Shown in pieces: positions 58,694-64,000 of a stretch of 64,000 nt of DNA; positions within the stretch are counted from its first letter, which is position 1; every line of letters begins with the position of its first letter. The position numbers were made by a program, and so were the translations under genes. Location of the stretch: contig CAZHLM010000001.1 of assembly GCA_964533295.1 (NCBI GenBank), positions 1,958-65,957 of the forward strand. The letters run 5' to 3'. The stretch is from an uncultured Verrucomicrobiota bacterium. Lineage in GTDB: Bacteria; Verrucomicrobiota; Verrucomicrobiia; Palsa-1439. The notes under the pieces were generated by a model. It worked only from the letters and a program-made list of their open reading frames with translations. It was not told where the DNA came from and did not search any database.

Positions 58694-60244
58694 TTACGGG
58701 GTGAACGCCGAGGCGGCGCCACTTCCCACGGCGTTACCGTTCGGGCTGGCCCGGGCAGGTTTCGCCGTTATTAGCCGAATGCATGGACCCGCATTGCTGC
58801 GGGCCGGGGCCACGCTCGACCCCATCTCCGCGTTGACAAACCCCGCGCCGTGGCGCAGGCACAGACGGCCGAGCGCGATGGCCAGGTGCCGCTGAAAGTC
58901 GGTCAGGCCGGTCTCGTGCCGGCCCGGCAGGCGCCGGCCGCGCGAGAGCGGGTCGAAGACCGCCCACTCCCAGGGCTCCGGCTGCATGTCGTACTGAGGC
59001 ACGTTGCGCGCCTGGACGACCTCCGCCAGCTGGCCCACGTACTTCTCCAGCACGTGCGCGATCCGGGCCGGATCGTCCAGCATGGTCAGCGCGCCGTCAG
59101 TCGTGAGCGTGGCCAGGCGGGTCAGGAAGCGTTCCTCCACCTGGACCTTCTTCAGTCCGGGGTCGTCGTCATCACCGCGGCCGTCCAGGAGCACCTCTTC
59201 TTCGGTGCCGTCCAGGTGCTTGCGGACCTGAAGCTTGACCACGTTGCCCTTGAGCAGCATGGCGCGTCCGTCCGGGTCGGTGACGCAGTTGGTGCCGAGC
59301 AAGCCACCGCTGACCTGCATGGCGATGTGGCCCTTCTTGGGCGTCATCGCCGGCTCGATCACGGGCGGCGCGAGCCGCGGGGCCAGCCCGGCCCAGTCGC
59401 GGCTGCCGTCTAGCCTGCGGGCGCACAGCTCGGCCTCGCGCAGCATGTCGTCCTCCGCGACGGCCGTGTACTGGAACCGGAACGGGCGGCCGTTCTTGCC
59501 CCGGACCGGGCTGGATGGCACGGTGTACTCGCCATTGCCACTCCCCAGTTCAGGCAGCGGCGCCAGGCTGGGCACCTGAACTTTCTTTGTTTTGCCGGCC
59601 GAGTCGACGGTCTCTTCCGTCTTCCAAGCAGTCGCGGAGTGACCGCCCTGCCAGCAGAGGAGCTCGCGCAGCAAGCGGCCCTCAGCGGGCTCGTAGCGCT
59701 CGCACTTGCGGGCGAAGATCACGACCTGCTTGAAGACGCCATATTCTTCGGCGGGCAGCTTGAAACAGCGCAGGTCCGTGTACCAGCCCCCGAGGTGTCG
59801 CGCGATCCGTTCGTTCAGGCGCTTGTGCGGGATGAGGTAGATCAGCACCCCGCCGGGCACCAGGGCCTCCGTGGTCGGGAGGTCGCACAGGAAAGACTCT
59901 TCCATGCGCCTCCCGCCGCCGGTCTCCTTCTCCCCGTCATACGGCGGGTTGAGGAGCACCAGCGAGAAGGTCCCGGGGGTCAGGACCGCGTATTCGTACG
60001 CGGTGTTGAGGACCGTGTGCAGGCAGTCCTCGGCTTTGCCAGCGCGCGTGTCGCTGATCTCAATCCCGTAGCTGTCCGCGTGTCCATTCGCGATTTCAGC
60101 CAGGGCCTCGCCCTCGCCGCAGCACGGGTCGAGGTAGCGCACCAGTTCGCCGGAGGCGGGGTGCGTCAGCCAGGTCTTGAGCAGGGCCAGCGTCTTTGGA
60201 GCGGTTGGGAAATATCCCAGTTTACTTTGTCCCTCAAGTCTCAT
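58694..60244 (-). CDS. N6-adenine DNA methyltransferase (gamma-class)
   Basis: Motif I LDPCCGEGEAL. Motif IV LLNPPYDGE (NPPY). Confidence 0.7.
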   Translation of the reverse strand: MRLEGQSKLGYFPTAPKTLALLKTWLTHPASGELVRYLDPCCGEGEALAEIANGHADSYGIEISDTRAGKAEDCLHTVLNTAYEYAVLTPGTFSLVLLNPPYDGEKETGGGRRMEESFLCDLPTTEALVPGGVLIYLIPHKRLNERIARHLGGWYTDLRCFKLPAEEYGVFKQVVIFARKCERYEPAEGRLLRELLCWQGGHSATAWKTEETVDSAGKTKKVQVPSLAPLPELGSGNGEYTVPSSPVRGKNGRPFRFQYTAVAEDDMLREAELCARRLDGSRDWAGLAPRLAPPVIEPAMTPKKGHIAMQVSGGLLGTNCVTDPDGRAMLLKGNVVKLQVRKHLDGTEEEVLLDGRGDDDDPGLKKVQVEERFLTRLATLTTDGALTMLDDPARIAHVLEKYVGQLAEVVQARNVPQYDMQPEPWEWAVFDPLSRGRRLPGRHETGLTDFQRHLAIALGRLCLRHGAGFVNAEMGSSVAPARSNAGPCIRLITAKPARASPNGNAVGSGAASAFTP

Positions 60245-60347
60245 TGTGATTTCTCCGATCTTGATGTCGTGTTGGTCTCAAATGCCAACCGCCAGCCTGG
60301 ACACATCCGTGATCCGGCTGGCGGTTGTTTTGGAAATGTAGATATGG

Positions 60348-61382
60348 TTACAGCGCGGTGGCCAGCAACTGCCTGACCGGCTCGCTCCCGTTGTGGAGAT
60401 ACAGGTCGGTGATGTCCTTCTGGCCGCGCCACCTGGGCGCGACGCAGTCGGGGAAGTGCTGGAGCCACCAGGCGGCGCCGGCCTGCCCGGCCTCATCCTG
60501 GTCATACAGGATCAGCTTGTGGCGGCCGGCTAGGCGGGACGCCCAGCGCCCGGCCATGTGGTTATTGGCTGAGCCATAGGTGGCCACCCCCATCTCGTGG
60601 GACTGGTCCAGCTCTCCGCCGAGTAACTGCCAGAGGAGCAGCGAGTCAAACTCGCCCTCCACCAGCGCCACCGTCGCCGCTTCGCCGATCGTGTCGGCCA
60701 TGTACAGGGCCGGCTTGCTGCCGCGCACCTGGGTGTACTTGTCGTCCGGGTCACGGGGTTGGAGCCGGCGGACCTTAAGGTACCAGGTCTCACCCTGGAC
60801 CACCCCCGGGATCAGGACGCCGGGCGCGATGTAGATGGGTTTCTCGTCTTCACGGCCCCAGTGCCGCGGGTCGTCCCGCAGCAGGCGTGGCACGTAGCCG
60901 ATCCCCCAGCGGGCGAGCGTGTCATCGGTCAGCCCGCGGCTGTAAAGCCAGTCGCGGGCCGCGACCCCTTGCCGTGACCATAGGGCCTCCTGCGCCGCGT
61001 GGGTCATCAGCCTGGCCCGATCCTGCCAGGCGGCCGGGGGCGGCAGGTCATAGTCGGTGCGCCAGTCGTAGTGCTGCGCGGTCGGGAGCGTGCCATCCGC
61101 GAGCGCCTGGACGGCCTCGCGGAAGCCCGCGCCGGTCACGAGCTGGTAGAACCGAATCGCGTCCTCCCAGCGCGGTGTGCAGTGCCGGCAGAACCAGCGC
61201 CCGCGCCCAGGGAGGACATGGAAGCGTTTCTGGCCCCCACACATTGGACAGGGGCCGGCGTACTCGCCCCCCTTCTGGGTGGAGAGGCGCCGCAAGTGAG
61301 TGTGCGGCTCCACGAGAGCCAGCAGATCCACGGCCTTGGCCTTCTGGATCAGGGCCTCGGGCAGCCTGGGCGTGGCAGCCAT
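60348..61382 (-). CDS. DNA primase (CHC2 zinc finger + Toprim), plasmid/phage type
   Basis: CPMCGGQKRFHV...WFCRHC. Toprim EGEFDSLLL...LILYDQDEAGQ. Confidence 0.7.
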   Translation of the reverse strand: MAATPRLPEALIQKAKAVDLLALVEPHTHLRRLSTQKGGEYAGPCPMCGGQKRFHVLPGRGRWFCRHCTPRWEDAIRFYQLVTGAGFREAVQALADGTLPTAQHYDWRTDYDLPPPAAWQDRARLMTHAAQEALWSRQGVAARDWLYSRGLTDDTLARWGIGYVPRLLRDDPRHWGREDEKPIYIAPGVLIPGVVQGETWYLKVRRLQPRDPDDKYTQVRGSKPALYMADTIGEAATVALVEGEFDSLLLWQLLGGELDQSHEMGVATYGSANNHMAGRWASRLAGRHKLILYDQDEAGQAGAAWWLQHFPDCVAPRWRGQKDITDLYLHNGSEPVRQLLATAL

Positions 61383-62167
61383 CAGGACCTCGGCGAGCGC
61401 GGGTGCCGGATAGAGTCATGCACTCGGGGGTCAGCACCGTTGACCACCTGAGCGCCGCGGCTGGCCGGGACTTCCACCAGGTCAGGCTGGCGGGTCGGCC
61501 ATTCGCTTACAGGGAACTCATTTAGGGACTCTTCTTGGGAGGCACGGGCTGGCTCAAGGGTAGACACGGAGCCGCCATCGAGCGTGATCTGCTCGTGCCG
61601 GACGCCGTCCGCGATCAGGTCGGCCCACGGCGTCTTGCCGGAGACCAGGTACCCACGCGGCGCCCTGGCGCTCGTGATGAGAGGCCGGGCACAGCCTTGG
61701 GCCAGGGCCTCGGCCAACAGGTACTCGCCCCACCCAATACGGATCGGGTAGGGCAGGCCCGCCTCCAGCATCGCGGCCAGGGTCTGGGCCGCCGTCTGGC
61801 CAGGCCATTCGAGTGCAATGAAGGCCTCGCCAGGCTTCTGGATCGCCAGGGCCTCCGGCGCGGCCAGGCGCAGGAACTTGGGCCGGGCCCGGCCGGCCAG
61901 CCGTGGCGCGTCGCTCGTGAAACGCTCGTAGCGGCGTCCCAGGCCCTGCACCTGCCGATAGGCGTCCTCATCGTCGCGCAGCTGCAGCGTTTCACCACTG
62001 CCGGCGACGAGTGATGCCCACAAGGCATTCAGGACCTTGGGGTGCTGGGGCGCGAATTCCACCCAGACGAGCACGTCGCCCGGGTGCTTGATCCCGTCCT
62101 CGGCGCGCAGCGTCGCAATGGCGAACGAGCGCAGGACGGCGCTGGTGGACTTGTTACTCAGTCGCAT
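61382..62167 (-). CDS. Hypothetical protein, ATGA-coupled to the primase gene
   Basis: 261-aa ORF with GC3-rich codon usage. No motif recognised. Confidence 0.45.
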   Translation of the reverse strand: MRLSNKSTSAVLRSFAIATLRAEDGIKHPGDVLVWVEFAPQHPKVLNALWASLVAGSGETLQLRDDEDAYRQVQGLGRRYERFTSDAPRLAGRARPKFLRLAAPEALAIQKPGEAFIALEWPGQTAAQTLAAMLEAGLPYPIRIGWGEYLLAEALAQGCARPLITSARAPRGYLVSGKTPWADLIADGVRHEQITLDGGSVSTLEPARASQEESLNEFPVSEWPTRQPDLVEVPASRGAQVVNGADPRVHDSIRHPRSPRS

Positions 62168-62535
62168 CGTGTTGTTCTCCAGAGATTACGAGCCGCCAGA
62201 ACGCCCGACCTAATCGCGGCGAGCGGCCGGCTGGCCCGAACGTTGTGAGAGGTAGGATGTCGTCTTGCGGCCGGATGGGGCAAGGTCAACGCGTGGACGG
62301 CCGTTTCGCACGCGCGAAAGAAGGCCCGGCTGTTTAGGCCCGGGCAGACGAAAGCAGCGCTCGGAGAGCGCCGGCACAGGAGGCGCGCTTCAAGGCGCGC
62401 AGCTCATCCACGAGAAGCGCGCGGCTCAGGTCACTGAGGCGCACAGGCCAGCCGGAAAGGCGATGCTTTCCGGCTGGCCTGTCGTTGGCGGAAAACGGGA
62501 GGGCTTTCCAGCCCTCCCGTCGTGTGTCATCGAGC

Positions 62536-62769
62536 TCAGACAGTAGACCGAAGGCTTATGGCCTCCTGAAGCGCTTGATAGGCCCTCCGGTAATCACTCA
62601 TCCAGAGGGCGTCCATGACCCACTCGCGACCTTTTTCGTCGCGCAGGATCACGCCTCCCTGGGAATCAGGGTTCGGCGGCGCCATCTCAAGTTGGTGGTG
62701 AGAGAACCAGGCCACCAGCCGGCCGCTGGTGACCGTGACACCGTTTGAGTTCACGACGCTGGGCATTTG
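62536..62769 (-). CDS. Small hypothetical protein (~77 aa)
   Basis: Internal Met of track ORF 62536..62898, just downstream of the 62772 gene's stop. Confidence 0.3.
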   Translation of the reverse strand, partial: QMPSVVNSNGVTVTSGRLVAWFSHHQLEMAPPNPDSQGGVILRDEKGREWVMDALWMSDYRRAYQALQEAISLRSTV

Positions 62770-62771
62770 TG

Positions 62772-63530
62772 TCACTCCTGGTGACCATCCACACAGGTGC
62801 ACTCCGGCAGGAGCCGAGTGGTGAGCACCAGTCCCTGCCCAGCCTGCCCCCCGCCATGGGGGGTGGTGCCGTAGCCGTAACGGCCCCAATCGGGCCAATC
62901 GGCTTTGAGCCGGGCCGCGGCCTGGCGGTACGCGAGCGGGACTAACTTGCGAGGCAGGTCGTCTGGGATGCGGTACAGGTGCTCCTCGTGCTCGCCCACC
63001 TGCTGGACGGAGTGCCGGATGCGGATCGGCACTTCTATGTGCGCCAGCGCTGTGGAGAGCGCGTCAGGGTGCGTGAGCGACGTGATCTGGCCCGCCTCAT
63101 AGCGCCGGACGAAGCCTTGCTCGCGCAGGTTCCTGGCCCACATCCCGGCGAAGTGCAAGGCGTCCTTCATCGCGCGCGGGAAGTACAGCAGCCGGGGCGG
63201 CTCATCGCCACCCTGGACCACCTGGCCGGTCGGGTAGACGCGGCCGAAGCCGCCCGGCTCGGTGCTTTTGGGCACCCAGCCCCGGAACAGGCCGCCGGAC
63301 AGCGCTTCCCACTCCGCCAGCGAGAAGACCATTTCCGGGTCGCGGGTTGGATCACCACCACGCTCGACGTAGTGCGTAACGGAGACTTCATCTCCATGCC
63401 GCTCAACGACAAGGGACAGCCAGGGGTCGTTCACCAGGCGCAGGTGGAAGTCCTGGGCCTCGTCAAAGGCCTCGGCCAGCCCGTTGAAATACAAGCTGGC
63501 ACGAATGACGTTCTTCATCTTGGTGTTCAT
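62772..63530 (-). CDS. Hypothetical protein (252 aa)
   Basis: Clean ORF with an AT-rich leader (tttttcccgaaagaaacac...), which is reverse-complemented to the minus strand. No known motif. Confidence 0.5.
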   Translation of the reverse strand: MNTKMKNVIRASLYFNGLAEAFDEAQDFHLRLVNDPWLSLVVERHGDEVSVTHYVERGGDPTRDPEMVFSLAEWEALSGGLFRGWVPKSTEPGGFGRVYPTGQVVQGGDEPPRLLYFPRAMKDALHFAGMWARNLREQGFVRRYEAGQITSLTHPDALSTALAHIEVPIRIRHSVQQVGEHEEHLYRIPDDLPRKLVPLAYRQAAARLKADWPDWGRYGYGTTPHGGGQAGQGLVLTTRLLPECTCVDGHQE

Positions 63531-63614
63531 GTGTTTCTTTCGGGAAAAAAGACACCGGCAGACCTCTTGGGGCCTGCCGGTGTGGTGGGGTTCGTGTTGA
63601 AACGGAGCTGGGTC

Positions 63615-63875
63615 TCAGGACGGGATCGGCTCTGGGTCGAGGAGATGGGTGACCTCCAGCCCGTCGTCCAGGTCCGGCCAGTAGACGTCGCCCCAGGGCG
63701 TGATCGTCCAGCCGGCGCGCTGCTCGGGCGTGGCCTCGCGCAGCCACCTCAGGTAGCGGTCCGCGAGCGGCATCCCGACCTCGCGGCCGTCGCTCAGGGC
63801 GACGTACACGTGCGTGTCGGTGAAGCGGACGCCGGTCGGCCGCAGCTTACGGCCGGTCGTGTTGGCAGTGCTCAT
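63615..63875 (-). CDS. DUF2442-family small protein
   Basis: FTDTHVYVALSDGREVGMPLADRYLRWLREATPEQRAGWTITPWGDVYWPDLDDGLEVTHLL matches DUF2442. Confidence 0.55.
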   Translation of the reverse strand: MSTANTTGRKLRPTGVRFTDTHVYVALSDGREVGMPLADRYLRWLREATPEQRAGWTITPWGDVYWPDLDDGLEVTHLLDPEPIPS

Positions 63876-64000
63876 CCCAGAACTCCATGAGCCGGGCAAG
63901 GTTGGCGCGCATGATGTCGCGGATCTTGTTCAGCTCTTTTGCATTGTAGCCGTGGTTCCACTCGACTTCAAGACTGCGTAGCCAGATCTTGGCTTCATAT
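63847..64000 (-). CDS. DUF4160-family protein, 5'-partial (runs off the window end)
   Basis: Reverse-complement translation ...YEAKIWLRSLEVEWNHGYNAKELNKIRDIMRANLARLMEFWDEHCQHDRP* is a DUF4160 C-terminus. Overlaps the DUF2442 gene as is typical for this pair. Confidence 0.5.
   Translation of the reverse strand, partial: YEAKIWLRSLEVEWNHGYNAKELNKIRDIMRANLARLMEFWDEHCQHDRP

Noticed and set aside
56056-60244. Complete DISARM system
   Set aside because: Only the SNF2 helicase and adenine methylase are present. No DrmA (DUF1998 partner) or PLD-nuclease genes are in the window. DarB-like anti-restriction is equally plausible.

Overview
High-GC (~65%) bacterial DNA, densely coding and mostly on the + strand. 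It is a mosaic of horizontally acquired modules. (1) The left edge holds a truncated membrane-protein gene, tRNA-Leu(CAG), an FtsB/DivIC-like gene and an initiator-type tRNA-Met(CAT) with its terminator. (2) Directly 3' of tRNA-fMet come two convergent tyrosine recombinases, an excisionase-like HTH/Zn-ribbon gene and 11-bp tandem repeats, which looks like the start of an integrative element. (3) A plasmid-like maintenance block follows: palindromic parC-like direct repeats, an actin-like ParM ATPase, a small ParR-like protein and a tandem-OB SSB. (4) A long Tad/Flp pilus locus (cpaB, cpaE/tadZ, tadB, tadC, tadV, cpaF/tadA, flp, tadE, tadG) lacks a secretin gene. Interleaved with it are unusual genes: a sigma-70 region-4-only protein, a LuxR-type regulator, a 1186-aa P-loop ATPase with a Ser/Gln/Thr low-complexity region, an ICMT-like methyltransferase, a 1123-aa DUF11-repeat surface protein and a 1490-aa repeat surface protein. 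(5) A lower-GC defence island follows: a KAP-family NTPase and a type I R-M operon (hsdM, hsdS ... hsdR). Between hsdS and hsdR, in the slot occupied by PrrC in EcoprrI, sits a 1120-aa fusion of Schlafen/AlbA_2, HATPase_c_4 and Argonaute-like MID-PIWI domains with an inactive PIWI. This is the most interesting candidate for an undescribed defence system. After it come a 64-aa hsdR 5' remnant, an AbiEi/AbiEii module, the intact hsdR, a YgjP-like HExxH hydrolase and a Cys-rich Zn-ribbon protein. (6) On the minus strand, after a convergent terminator, lie an SNF2 helicase, an N6-adenine methyltransferase, a CHC2/Toprim primase, hypotheticals and a DUF2442/DUF4160 pair. No CRISPR array or rRNA is present. 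Coordinates may be off by 1-3 nt where a start was chosen inside a track ORF.
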